64,000 nt of DNA from Nautiliaceae bacterium (GCA_039831155.1 JBDONT010000011.1:1-64000); one strand, 5' to 3'. Positions 49,053 to 58,339 are shown, counted from the first letter of the stretch. Numbers and translations: made by a program. The notes: generated by a model not told the origin, from the sequence alone.

Positions 49053-50445
49053 TAAAATAGTTTTTAATTCGGACAAAAAAGAGCTTTTTAAAAAGTATTA
49101 TTACTATAAAATGCAAAAATCAAAAGAGAATTTTAAAAAACTAAAAGAGATAAAAAAAGAGTTTTTCGAAGTAAGTGGGAATACTATTATAGTAGCTTCA
49201 AAAGAAAAATTAAACCTTCTAAAACTCTCTTTTAAAGAGTTTAATGAGCTGTGTTTTGATTCTCTTTTTAACATTTATCTTAAATCGTTAAATCAAGAGA
49301 ATGCTTTTTGTGGTTATAGTGACGGATATTACACTCATTTTTCCAAAAATATTTATTTAAAATTTTTTTCTTTAAAAGGGGCTTTAAATATAGTAGCTAA
49401 AAAAATTAAAAAGAAAAAGTCTGCAAGATATACAGCTAGAGATTCTTTATATGTTTGTGAAAATGGGGAATACTCTTTTGTGCCTAATGATAAGCAGGTT
49501 AAATATTTGGGTTTTTACGATAAGGATTATTCAAAGACAAAGCAGTTTCATTTGATGAGGTTTATTGAAAAAAGTGGGGTTTGGTTTGAAGAGATTGAGT
49601 TTACGAAGTTTGTTTTCAGCAAGAAAGAAGGATTGGAAGATAAATTTAAAGACCTTGAAATAAAAGTTATAAATTACACCAAAAACATGGGTTATGAAAA
49701 AGAACTGATAGAAATGATAGAAAAAAAGGGAGCTAAAGTTGTAAAAAATTCTAATTTAATTCTTACTATAACTCTTCCTAAAGAGAATTATTCTAAAAAC
49801 GACCCTTATAAAAAAAAGGGTTTTCTTTCTCAAAACGTAACTGTTAAAACTCCTATTAATAAAAATACCGTTTCGGTTTTATTAAAAGAGCTTTTGATAA
49901 AAGAAGAGATAGAAAAAAATAGGTTTTTAATTCCTAAACATCTATTTGATGGATTTGAGTTTTATATCCCTTATAAAGAGAAGCTTTACGGGATGAAGGT
50001 TTATAAGGATAGATTTGAGTTTGTGGTTGAAGATGATTATTATGACGCTTTAATGGTGGTTAAATATGAAGATAATATCAATATAATAAAAACGACGCCT
50101 TATAGGAAACTTCCCAAACGTTTAAAAGAGATTGATTCTCTTTTGCAAAAGGGAGTAAAGATAAGAAATAAAAGCTACTCTTATCTTTATAATGATTTGA
50201 TAGGAATAAACTATTTTGAAGAAGAAAACAGACTCTTATATTTTACAGGACTTTTACCAAACTCTTTACGTTCTACCTATAAAGGGCTTGTGATTAGGGA
50301 AATTGATGTAATTAAGGGTAGGGTTTTAAAGGAGGTGCTTGAATCTATGGATGAATTTTTTGTAAATTTTAAAGAATTGACGGTTATGCCTTATTTTGCA
50401 AAATATATAAGGGAGAAGTATGAAATCCCCTATCGTGCCTTTTGA
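49045..50445 (+). CDS. Putative prokaryotic Argonaute-like (MID/PIWI) protein; DdmE-like
   Basis: DPY...SQNVT...LLKELLIK (MID 5'-end pocket-like) and C-terminal FFV..ELTVMPYFAKYIRE; TTG start with GAGGGAG RBS overlapping the helicase gene. Confidence 0.62.
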   Translation: MINKIVFNSDKKELFKKYYYYKMQKSKENFKKLKEIKKEFFEVSGNTIIVASKEKLNLLKLSFKEFNELCFDSLFNIYLKSLNQENAFCGYSDGYYTHFSKNIYLKFFSLKGALNIVAKKIKKKKSARYTARDSLYVCENGEYSFVPNDKQVKYLGFYDKDYSKTKQFHLMRFIEKSGVWFEEIEFTKFVFSKKEGLEDKFKDLEIKVINYTKNMGYEKELIEMIEKKGAKVVKNSNLILTITLPKENYSKNDPYKKKGFLSQNVTVKTPINKNTVSVLLKELLIKEEIEKNRFLIPKHLFDGFEFYIPYKEKLYGMKVYKDRFEFVVEDDYYDALMVVKYEDNINIIKTTPYRKLPKRLKEIDSLLQKGVKIRNKSYSYLYNDLIGINYFEEENRLLYFTGLLPNSLRSTYKGLVIREIDVIKGRVLKEVLESMDEFFVNFKELTVMPYFAKYIREKYEIPYRAF

Positions 50446-51265
50446 GTTTAGAAGAAAGTTTTTTCACATTAAAAGAGACGATTTGTTAAGACCTTTTGAG
50501 GGAAATAAGGCGAGAAAGTTTTATTATTTTTTTAAAAACGATTTTCCGGGTATTAAAAGGGTCGTTTCTTTCGGGTCTAATCAGTCTAACGCTTTTGGAG
50601 CGTTAAGCAGGCTTTGTAAGTTAAAAGGATGGGAATTTGTTTATTATACTTCCCATATACCTTCTTATTTAAAAGAAAATCCCCAGGGAAATTATCTTTT
50701 GGCTTTAAAAAATGAAGCGAAAGTTATAGAATGCGGGCTTTATGGAGAAGAACTTAGAAGTTTTGTACTTGGTTTAAAAGATAAAAAGACTCTTGTGATA
50801 GAAGAGGGTGGAAGGGTTAAAGAGAGTGAAGAGGGAATAAAACTTTTGGCAGATGAAATAAACGACTATGCTAAAAAGCATAATTTAAAAGTTTTTTTAC
50901 CGAGTGGGACCGGTACGACTGCCTATTTTCTTTCAAAACATCTTGATGTTGAGGTTATAACGACTCCGTGTGTTGGGGATGAAAATTATTTAAAAAAACA
51001 GTTTGAGTGGCTGGGTGGTGGAAAAATTCCCACTGTTTTACCTCCTAGAAGGAAATATCATTTCGGAAAACTTTATTTGGAGTTATATAAAATATGGAAA
51101 GAGTTAAAAAAGAGTGGAATTGAATTTGATTTATTATATGACCCTATAGGATGGGATACGATTTTAAGGCATAATCTTAAAGATATTTTGTATATTCATC
51201 AAGGTGGGCTTATAGGGAATGAGAGTATGTTAAAAAGGTATGAAAGAAAATTCGAATTTGTGTAG
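50420..51265 (+). CDS. PLP-dependent ACC deaminase/D-cysteine desulfhydrase family protein
   Basis: KRDDLL..GNKARK, GSNQSN, PSGTGTT, FDLLYD, HQGG. Confidence 0.88.
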   Translation: MKSPIVPFEFRRKFFHIKRDDLLRPFEGNKARKFYYFFKNDFPGIKRVVSFGSNQSNAFGALSRLCKLKGWEFVYYTSHIPSYLKENPQGNYLLALKNEAKVIECGLYGEELRSFVLGLKDKKTLVIEEGGRVKESEEGIKLLADEINDYAKKHNLKVFLPSGTGTTAYFLSKHLDVEVITTPCVGDENYLKKQFEWLGGGKIPTVLPPRRKYHFGKLYLELYKIWKELKKSGIEFDLLYDPIGWDTILRHNLKDILYIHQGGLIGNESMLKRYERKFEFV

Positions 51266-51358
51266 ATTTGAAGCATTATTTATAAAATTTTCTTATATTA
51301 ATTGTAAATGAAAAGGCATTTTGATATTATTATAGTATATTTCAAAACGGAGGGTAGT

Positions 51359-53218
51359 ATGGAATTTTATGTCACTGCTTCTATAGTGTTGCCTTGGATA
51401 GCGGCACTTGTTATTTATTTAGCTAAAAATGACACTGTTACAAATGTATTGTCATTTTTGATGTTACCTATTTTAGGCTATTTTGCTTGGGAGGTTTATT
51501 TTAGTGATACTTTACCTATGTTAATCGAGACTCCTAAATGGGTGGGTAGTTTAATTACTATTTACGATTTCGGTTTACTTAGTTATTTTTTATATCAAGG
51601 TATGAAAAACAGAAGTACTTTGGTTTCCGCTTTAGCTATTTTGCAATTGGCTCTTTTAATTATTGTGGTATTAATGATTCAACATTCGGATACCGCCGAT
51701 ATTTATGTGGATAAATTAACTGCTTTTATGTATATGATTGTAGCGATTGTCGGGGTTCCTATTGCGATTTTTGCTACTAAGTATATGGAGTTTGACGAAA
51801 AAGGTAAACACAGTTTCGTTGCTATTTTAATTTGGTTTTTAGGTGTTATGAATTTTGCCGTAAGTGTAAATAACATCGAATGGTTCTTTGCACTGTTTGA
51901 AACGACTACTTTAGCTTCATTTGTTTTAATTAGATTCAGAATGGATAAAGAAGCCGTTAATAACGCCGTTTTAGCTTTATGGATGAATCAAATAGGTGGT
52001 GTTGCTATTTTATTCGCTTTATTAATGTTAATAAAAACTAGCGGAATGTATCATTTTACGGATTTATTAAGTGTTGATCCTAAAATGTTGTCTTTAGCTG
52101 CTTTAGGATTTTTAAGTTTGAGTGCTCTTGTTAAAGGTGCTCAAATGCCTTTTCATAAATGGCTTTTAGGAGCGATGGTTGCACCGACTCCTGTTAGTGC
52201 GATACTTCACTCTGCTACAATGGTAAAAATAGCACCTTATTTACTTCTTAGAATTTCTCCTATTATTAAAGGTACGCTTTTAGCTAAACTTTTGATAATT
52301 ACGACGGGATTCGTTTTCGTAGCGGCGGCTGTAATAGCTCTTACGCAAGATAATTTCAAAAAAATTCTTGCATATTCTACTATTTCGCTTTTAGGTCTTA
52401 TGATGCTTGCAGCAGTTGTAGGTACGCCTATTGCTATTACTGCTAGTTTAATTTTAATTCTTTTCCACGCATTTGCAAAAGGTTTCTTATTCGTAGAAGC
52501 CGGTGTGCTTGAAAAAGTGTTCCATGTAAAATATATTAAAGAGATGAGAAGACTTATCGAAAAAGCACCTCTTACACTGATGTTTATTTTCTTCGGATTT
52601 TTAAATATGACGTTTGTGCCTTTTGGTACTTTTATAGGTAAATGGTTAATGATAGAAGAGGTTAGTGGATTTTTATTTCACGGAAGTTATGTACTTTTAA
52701 TTCTTTATGTAGGTGCCGGAAGTGCGTTTTTAAGTGTGCTTTATATGAAAGTTCTTGGAATTAGTGTAAGAAAATCTCACGGGATTGAAAAAGTAAAATT
52801 TACATCACTTCCTATTAGATTTAATTTCGTTTCGGTTTGGTATTATGCTTGGTTGTTCGCTTTAACGATTTTTATCGCACCTTTTATCGCTACTCAATTA
52901 GTACCTATTGCCGGCGAAATTAGCGGTAGTTTAGTGAATATTCACGCTGACGGATTATCATTGATAATTAATCATTCGACTCTTTATTTCTGGCAAATTA
53001 TGGGAGCATTGGTAATTTTACTTTTAATTCACGCGTTGCCTTTCTTTGTGAATTTTAAAAATGTGGATACGGCAATGCCTTATAACTGTGGGGAAGCGTT
53101 TCCAAGACATATCGAAACTTATAATTTCGTATGTATTTCAAAATATGAAAATTATATAGTAGCCTTTAGTGTTGCTTTATTTATTATGGTACTAGTTCTT
53201 GGAGGAGGTTTATTATGA
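51359..53218 (+). CDS. echA: Ech hydrogenase subunit A (NuoL/MrpA-like antiporter subunit)
   Basis: KGAQMPFHKWL..AMVAPTPVSAILHSATMVK, KKILAYSTIS, HAFAKG; ATG 51359 after GGAGG. Confidence 0.88.
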   Translation: MEFYVTASIVLPWIAALVIYLAKNDTVTNVLSFLMLPILGYFAWEVYFSDTLPMLIETPKWVGSLITIYDFGLLSYFLYQGMKNRSTLVSALAILQLALLIIVVLMIQHSDTADIYVDKLTAFMYMIVAIVGVPIAIFATKYMEFDEKGKHSFVAILIWFLGVMNFAVSVNNIEWFFALFETTTLASFVLIRFRMDKEAVNNAVLALWMNQIGGVAILFALLMLIKTSGMYHFTDLLSVDPKMLSLAALGFLSLSALVKGAQMPFHKWLLGAMVAPTPVSAILHSATMVKIAPYLLLRISPIIKGTLLAKLLIITTGFVFVAAAVIALTQDNFKKILAYSTISLLGLMMLAAVVGTPIAITASLILILFHAFAKGFLFVEAGVLEKVFHVKYIKEMRRLIEKAPLTLMFIFFGFLNMTFVPFGTFIGKWLMIEEVSGFLFHGSYVLLILYVGAGSAFLSVLYMKVLGISVRKSHGIEKVKFTSLPIRFNFVSVWYYAWLFALTIFIAPFIATQLVPIAGEISGSLVNIHADGLSLIINHSTLYFWQIMGALVILLLIHALPFFVNFKNVDTAMPYNCGEAFPRHIETYNFVCISKYENYIVAFSVALFIMVLVLGGGLL

Positions 53219-54057
53219 AATTCGAGACATTAATGTTTCTTTTAACTCTTTTTGCTCCTATTTTAGGAGGACTTGTTTATGGAGTGGAGAGAATAGTAAA
53301 AGCTAGAATGCAAAGTAGAATGGGGCCTCCTTTAATGCAGCCTTTTTATGATTTTTTTAAGCTTATGGATAAACGTCCTTTAATGGTACATTCATTGCAC
53401 GCCGTTATGGGAATTATGTATTTTGTTGCTTGTTGGTTTTCTTTGCTGGTTTTATTTATGGGAAATGATTTATTAGTAGCCGTATTTTTTCATGTAATTG
53501 CCGTTTTAGCTTTAACAATCGGAGCGTTTAGCGTTAGAAGCTCTTATAGTGTAATCGGGGCTATGAGAGAACTTATGCATATGATTAGTTATGAACCTTT
53601 AATGGTTTTAATGGTTGTTGCTTTTTATGAAGTTGTCGGAAGTTTTAATTTAAAAGATATTTTAAATTATCAAGGAATTCCTCTTTTTGAAATTCCGGTT
53701 GTATTTATAGCTTTTGTTCTTGCTATTCCGATGATGTTACATAAATCTCCTTTTGACGTAGCCGAAGCTCATCAAGAAATTGTAGGAGGTCCTGAAATAG
53801 AATATAGCGGTCCTTTTTATGAAGCGTTATATACCGGTAAATGGATAGAGTATATTTATGTGTTTTTCTTTGTGTTTTTATTTGGAGGAAGTCATTATTG
53901 GTTGGGTGCGTTGCTTATAGTGTTGGTGTTTTTATTTGTAAATGCACTTGATAACGCTAGTGCAAGACTTGATTTTAGAAGTATGGTGAAATTCTCATGG
54001 TTTGTGCTTATACCGATTTCAGCTCTTAATGTAATCTTTTTATCTTTATGGAGGTAG
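53215..54057 (+). CDS. echB: Ech hydrogenase subunit B (NuoH-like)
   Basis: ERIVKARMQSRMGPP..QPFYDFFKL, PFDVAEAHQEIVGGP..EYSG. Confidence 0.9.
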   Translation: MKFETLMFLLTLFAPILGGLVYGVERIVKARMQSRMGPPLMQPFYDFFKLMDKRPLMVHSLHAVMGIMYFVACWFSLLVLFMGNDLLVAVFFHVIAVLALTIGAFSVRSSYSVIGAMRELMHMISYEPLMVLMVVAFYEVVGSFNLKDILNYQGIPLFEIPVVFIAFVLAIPMMLHKSPFDVAEAHQEIVGGPEIEYSGPFYEALYTGKWIEYIYVFFFVFLFGGSHYWLGALLIVLVFLFVNALDNASARLDFRSMVKFSWFVLIPISALNVIFLSLWR

Positions 54058-54059
54058 TT

Positions 54060-54554
54060 ATGGGAATTTTTAGTAAATTTAGAAAAAAATCGCCTTGGAT
54101 TTTACATTATAATACCGGTGGATGTAACGGATGTGATATAGAAATTTTATCCGCTCTTGCACCTAAATTCGATATAGAAAGATTCGGAATGTTAAATAGG
54201 GGGAATCCTAAACAGTCCGATATTTTACTTGTAACCGGACCGGTTACTAAAAGATGTAGGGATGTTTTAAGAAGACTTTATCTTGAAATGCCAGAACCTA
54301 AAGTGGTAGTGGCAATGGGAGCTTGTGCTCATGGCGGAGGAATATTTAGAGATTTTTATCACGTGGAAAACGGGGTTGATAATATAATCCCGGTTGATGT
54401 TTGGATTCCCGGATGTGCTCCAAGAGTTGAAGCTTTAATTGACGGTATGGTTGAAGCCGTTAAAATTTGGGAGAAAAAAACGAAAGAAAAAGAGTATATG
54501 AGAAATCATAGCGAAGAATTACTTAAAAAATTAGGAGCTAGAGATGATGATTAA
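54060..54554 (+). CDS. echC: Ech hydrogenase small subunit C (NuoB-like)
   Basis: GCNGCDIE, VTGPVT, GACAHGGG, PGCAPR. Confidence 0.92.
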   Translation: MGIFSKFRKKSPWILHYNTGGCNGCDIEILSALAPKFDIERFGMLNRGNPKQSDILLVTGPVTKRCRDVLRRLYLEMPEPKVVVAMGACAHGGGIFRDFYHVENGVDNIIPVDVWIPGCAPRVEALIDGMVEAVKIWEKKTKEKEYMRNHSEELLKKLGARDDD

Positions 54555-54918
54555 TCCTGAAGTTACGTTTTTTGAAGTAACGCTTGATAATGTGGTTGAA
54601 CTGATTAAAAATTGGTATGATGAAAACAAATATCATTATGTGACTGTAAATGCTACCGATAGTGGAAACGGCGTAACTATAGATTGGATATTTTCTAAAT
54701 ACTATGATAAAAATAAATTAGTGGTATTTAGAGCGGAAAATGTAGCGTACGATGCAAAGATTCCTTCTATTGTAAATGTTATACCTAGTGCATGGATAGC
54801 GGAATGGGAGCTTGCGGATTTATTCGGACTTGATGTTGAAAACGCTGCAAAAGGAGTGTTTATAGAACCGGATGCTCCTCAAGCTCCGTTAAGAAAAGGA
54901 GATAATAATGGGAAATAG
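54544..54918 (+). CDS. echD: Ech hydrogenase subunit D (NuoC-like)
   Basis: PSI..VIPSAWIAEWELADLFG. Confidence 0.85.
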   Translation: MMINPEVTFFEVTLDNVVELIKNWYDENKYHYVTVNATDSGNGVTIDWIFSKYYDKNKLVVFRAENVAYDAKIPSIVNVIPSAWIAEWELADLFGLDVENAAKGVFIEPDAPQAPLRKGDNNGK

Positions 54919-55993
54919 AATAGTTGTGCCTTTTGGGTCCCAACATGTGGCACTGCCAGAACCGGTTAGTTTTTTGTTTGAGACTCAAAATGAAGTAATT
55001 ACAGACGTACAAGTTAATATAGGTTATGTTCACAGAGGTATAGAAAAAGCTGCAATTACTAAGTTTGAATATACCCAGCTTCCGTATCTTGTAGCTAGGG
55101 TTTGTGGGCTTTGTTCTATTACTCACGCCGGTGCTTATACTCACGGAATTGAAAAACTTTTAGGAATTGAAACAAATAAAAAAATAGATTACTTAAGAAT
55201 GCTTGTTGTAGAACTTGATAGAATTCATTCTCATATGCTTGCAAATGGACACGTTGCCGAGGTTGTAGGGTATGAAAATCTTTTTATGCAAACATTTAGA
55301 TACAGAGAAGACGTAATGGACATACTTGAAAGAATTACGGGTAATAGAGTTCAGTATGATTATCAAGTAATAGGTGGTGTTTCTAGAGACTTTGATAAAG
55401 AGATAGAGGATTTTGCAAGAGAGAAACTTTTAAAACTTAAAGCAAATACTGAAAAATTGATGGAATTTTTTGAAAATGACTATACCTTCGGACTTAAAAC
55501 AAAAGGAATAGGAACAATTTCAAAAGAGGTGGCGGCTAAATTTAATACGGCGGGACCTATAGCTAGAGCAAGCGGGCTTGAAACGGACGCAAGAGCTGAA
55601 TATGATTATCTTCCTTTTGAGGAGGTTGGATATAAGCTTCAAACAAGAACCGAAGGGGATGTTTGGGCTAGAAATATGGTTAGATTTGATGAAGTTATGA
55701 ATTCTATTGAAATGTGTCTTAATATACTTGATGGAATTCCTGAAGGAGAACATAGAGTAAAAGTAAAAGGAAGACCGGACGGAGAAGTCTTTGTAAGAGT
55801 TGAAGCTCCAAGGGGAGAATGCTTTTATTATCTAAAAGGAAATAAGACAAAAGTTCTTGAGAGAGTAAGAATTAGAGTGCCGACTTATGCAAATATTCCG
55901 GTGCTAAAAGAACTTTTTGTGGGTGAAAAATATTCAGACGCTCAAGCGATAGTATTGAGCTTTGATCCTTGTATGAGTTGTACGGCAAGATAA
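54908..55993 (+). CDS. echE: Group 4 [NiFe]-hydrogenase large subunit E
   Basis: RVCGLC (L1) and DPCMSCTAR (L2) Ni-binding motifs; HRGIEK; EAPRGE. Confidence 0.93.
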   Translation: MGNRIVVPFGSQHVALPEPVSFLFETQNEVITDVQVNIGYVHRGIEKAAITKFEYTQLPYLVARVCGLCSITHAGAYTHGIEKLLGIETNKKIDYLRMLVVELDRIHSHMLANGHVAEVVGYENLFMQTFRYREDVMDILERITGNRVQYDYQVIGGVSRDFDKEIEDFAREKLLKLKANTEKLMEFFENDYTFGLKTKGIGTISKEVAAKFNTAGPIARASGLETDARAEYDYLPFEEVGYKLQTRTEGDVWARNMVRFDEVMNSIEMCLNILDGIPEGEHRVKVKGRPDGEVFVRVEAPRGECFYYLKGNKTKVLERVRIRVPTYANIPVLKELFVGEKYSDAQAIVLSFDPCMSCTAR

Positions 55994-56003
55994 AGGAGAA
56001 AAA

Positions 56004-56510
56004 ATGATTCAAATGTTTATAGAATCTCTTAAAAACTTAGTTTCAAAACCGGAAACGATTAAATACCCTTTTGCTCCTTCTCCTGAGCCTAAAGGATATA
56101 GGGGGACTATTCTTTACAATGAAGAGCTTTGTATTTTTTGTGACAAATGTGAAAACATATGTCCTCCAGGGGCTATAAAATTTGAGGTTGTAGATGTGGA
56201 AAGTGGTAAAAAACAATATAACTACAATCCTTATCTTTGTATTTATTGTGGTGCTTGTGTAGATGCTTGTCCTAAAGCAGATGAAGGATGTTTAATTCAA
56301 GCTGAAACAAGAACTCCTGTACTTGGAGAAAGTGTCGTAAAGGATAAGAGACTAGGGTATTTTATAAATGAGATAGATAACCCTAAGCTTGTAGAAAAAA
56401 AATGGCGTGAGCTTGAAATTAGAGCTGCTAAAAGCAGAGAAGATTTAGCAGCGTATAAAAAAGCTAAAAGAGCCGCAAAAAAGACAGCAAAGGCAAAAGC
56501 CTCTGAATAG
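56004..56510 (+). CDS. echF: Ech hydrogenase subunit F (2x[4Fe-4S], NuoI-like)
   Basis: CIFCDKCENICP and CIYCGACVDACP. Confidence 0.9.
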   Translation: MIQMFIESLKNLVSKPETIKYPFAPSPEPKGYRGTILYNEELCIFCDKCENICPPGAIKFEVVDVESGKKQYNYNPYLCIYCGACVDACPKADEGCLIQAETRTPVLGESVVKDKRLGYFINEIDNPKLVEKKWRELEIRAAKSREDLAAYKKAKRAAKKTAKAKASE

Positions 56511-56530
56511 GCTTTGTTTGTTTGCTTTTT
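56496..56530 (+). terminator. Putative intrinsic terminator of the ech operon
   Basis: AAAGCCT-CTGAAT-AGGCTTT hairpin followed by a T-rich run. Confidence 0.45.
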
Positions 56531-56568
56531 AGATATAATATCCTTATGTTTTTAATAAGGATGTAACA

Positions 56569-57501
56569 ATGAAAGTAGCGTTTTTTGAAGTAAAACCTGA
56601 AGAAAAAGAGTTTTTTCAAACACACCTAAAAGATAGTGGTTTAGAGTTTTTTTTCTTTTCTCATCCGTTGTCTGAAAAAGATAAAGGTGATTATGACGTT
56701 ATTTCTATTTTTATTCACTCTAAAATTACGGTTTCTGTTTTAGACAACTTCCCTAATTTAAAGTATCTTCAAACCCGTTCAACCGGATATGATCATATAG
56801 ATTTGATGGAGTGTTATAAAAGAGGCATTTTAGTAAGTAATGTAAGAGGATATGCCGGACCTGCCGTTGGGGAGTTTGCTTTTGGTTTATTGCTTGAAGC
56901 TTTGAGAAAGATTTTTGTGGCGATAAACAGAGTAAAAGTCGGTGATTTGAATTATATGGATTTAAAAGGAAAAGAAATTAGGGGTAAAAAAATAGGTATT
57001 TTAGGGTTAGGGCATATCGGTAAAAGCATTGCTACGATAGCTAAGGGATTTGGAGCGGATGTAGTAGGCTTTGTAAGGGATGTGAGCAAATGTAAAGATG
57101 TGGAATGTTATGATAATTTGGAAGAAGTTTTAAAAAGAAGCGATATTTTATTTATCGCACTTCCTTTAACTCCAAAAACTAGAAATTTAATTAATAAGTC
57201 AAATATAGATAAATTGAAAGGGAATATTATTATTAACCCGGCAAGGGCTGAAATTATAGAAGAAGATGTTTATGAGGATTTTAAAGGTATTATAGCCGCA
57301 GATGTATTGCCTAATTGGGAACTTGCAAAAAAAGATAATATTATAGCCACACCTCATATGGCTTATTATACAAAAGAAGCTCTTAATAGAATACTTCAAA
57401 TCTCCCTTGATAATTTAAACGATTTTCTACATCACAGTAAACCTAGATATTGCTTAAAAGAAGTTTGTAAAATAGAATACAATTTTAAGGATGAAAAATG
57501 A
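56569..57501 (+). CDS. D-isomer-specific 2-hydroxyacid dehydrogenase
   Basis: TRSTGYDHID, GILGLGHIG, PLTPKT, INPARA, ATPHMAYYT. Confidence 0.92.
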   Translation: MKVAFFEVKPEEKEFFQTHLKDSGLEFFFFSHPLSEKDKGDYDVISIFIHSKITVSVLDNFPNLKYLQTRSTGYDHIDLMECYKRGILVSNVRGYAGPAVGEFAFGLLLEALRKIFVAINRVKVGDLNYMDLKGKEIRGKKIGILGLGHIGKSIATIAKGFGADVVGFVRDVSKCKDVECYDNLEEVLKRSDILFIALPLTPKTRNLINKSNIDKLKGNIIINPARAEIIEEDVYEDFKGIIAADVLPNWELAKKDNIIATPHMAYYTKEALNRILQISLDNLNDFLHHSKPRYCLKEVCKIEYNFKDEK

Positions 57502-57848
57502 AAAAATTGATATTTTTTCTTTTTAGTATTCCTTTGTTTGCTTGTAGTTCTGATTGTTTGGTTTGTCATCCTAAACTTAAACCACTTGAATACGACAAAC
57601 ACAATAAATACTATAAAGAACATCATTTTTTGATTACTTGTACAAAATGCCATCCTAATCATAATGATAAAGAAATGAGTGAGTGTGGGGCTGACTGCTT
57701 TGAATGTCATAGTAGACAAAAACTTATAAATACACCTATTCCTCAACATCAAAGCTTAAAAAGCTGTACAAAGTGTCATAAAGGTAGTATTACAGATTTA
57801 ATCCCAATGGATAGAAGTAATAAATTTTTAAATTTTCAAAAAAAATAG
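57498..57848 (+). CDS. Small exported tetraheme c-type cytochrome
   Basis: Signal peptide; four CxxCH motifs (CLVCH, CTKCH, CFECH, CTKCH). Confidence 0.85.
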   Translation: MKKLIFFLFSIPLFACSSDCLVCHPKLKPLEYDKHNKYYKEHHFLITCTKCHPNHNDKEMSECGADCFECHSRQKLINTPIPQHQSLKSCTKCHKGSITDLIPMDRSNKFLNFQKK

Positions 57849-57867
57849 AAATTTTTCTAATTTTTTC

Positions 57868-57896
57868 TTGACATTAAAAAAGTTTTTTCATATAAT
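57868..57896 (+). promoter_or_regulatory. Consensus sigma70 promoter of the tRNA operon
   Basis: TTGACA-17 nt-TATAAT. Confidence 0.88.
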
Positions 57897-57932
57897 TTCA
57901 CTACCACAACGACAGGTTGTGAAAGAAAAGCT

Positions 57933-58008
57933 GACCCGTTAGCTCAGTCGGTAGAGCATCTGCCTTTTAAGCAGAGGGCCGTTGGTTCGAATCCAACACG
58001 GGTCACCA
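57933..58008 (+). tRNA. tRNA-Lys(TTT)
   Basis: Cloverleaf, anticodon loop CTTTTAA, GTTCGA T-loop, encoded CCA. Confidence 0.96.
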
Positions 58009-58015
58009 CTTAAAT

Positions 58016-58090
<75 letters not shown>

Positions 58091-58126
58091 CTTCAAAAGT
58101 CCTAATCCACTTATAAAATTTTGTTT

Positions 58127-58202
58127 GGTCGCTTAGCTCAGTTGGGAGAGCACCAGCCTTACAAGCTGGGGGTCGCAGGTTCGAGCCCTGCAGCGACCAC
58201 CA
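58127..58202 (+). tRNA. tRNA-Val(TAC)
   Basis: Anticodon stem CCAGC/GCTGG, loop CTTACAA, encoded CCA. Confidence 0.96.
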
Positions 58203-58210
58203 CTTCAAAT

Positions 58211-58287
<77 letters not shown>

Positions 58288-58339
58288 TTACTTCAAAAAC
58301 TCCTTAATTTAGGTATTTTTTAAAAATCAAGGAGATAAG

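Noticed and set aside
51308-51358. N-terminal extension of EchA from ATG 51308
   Set aside because: A GGAGG RBS precedes ATG 51359; the upstream stretch looks like AT-rich promoter DNA.
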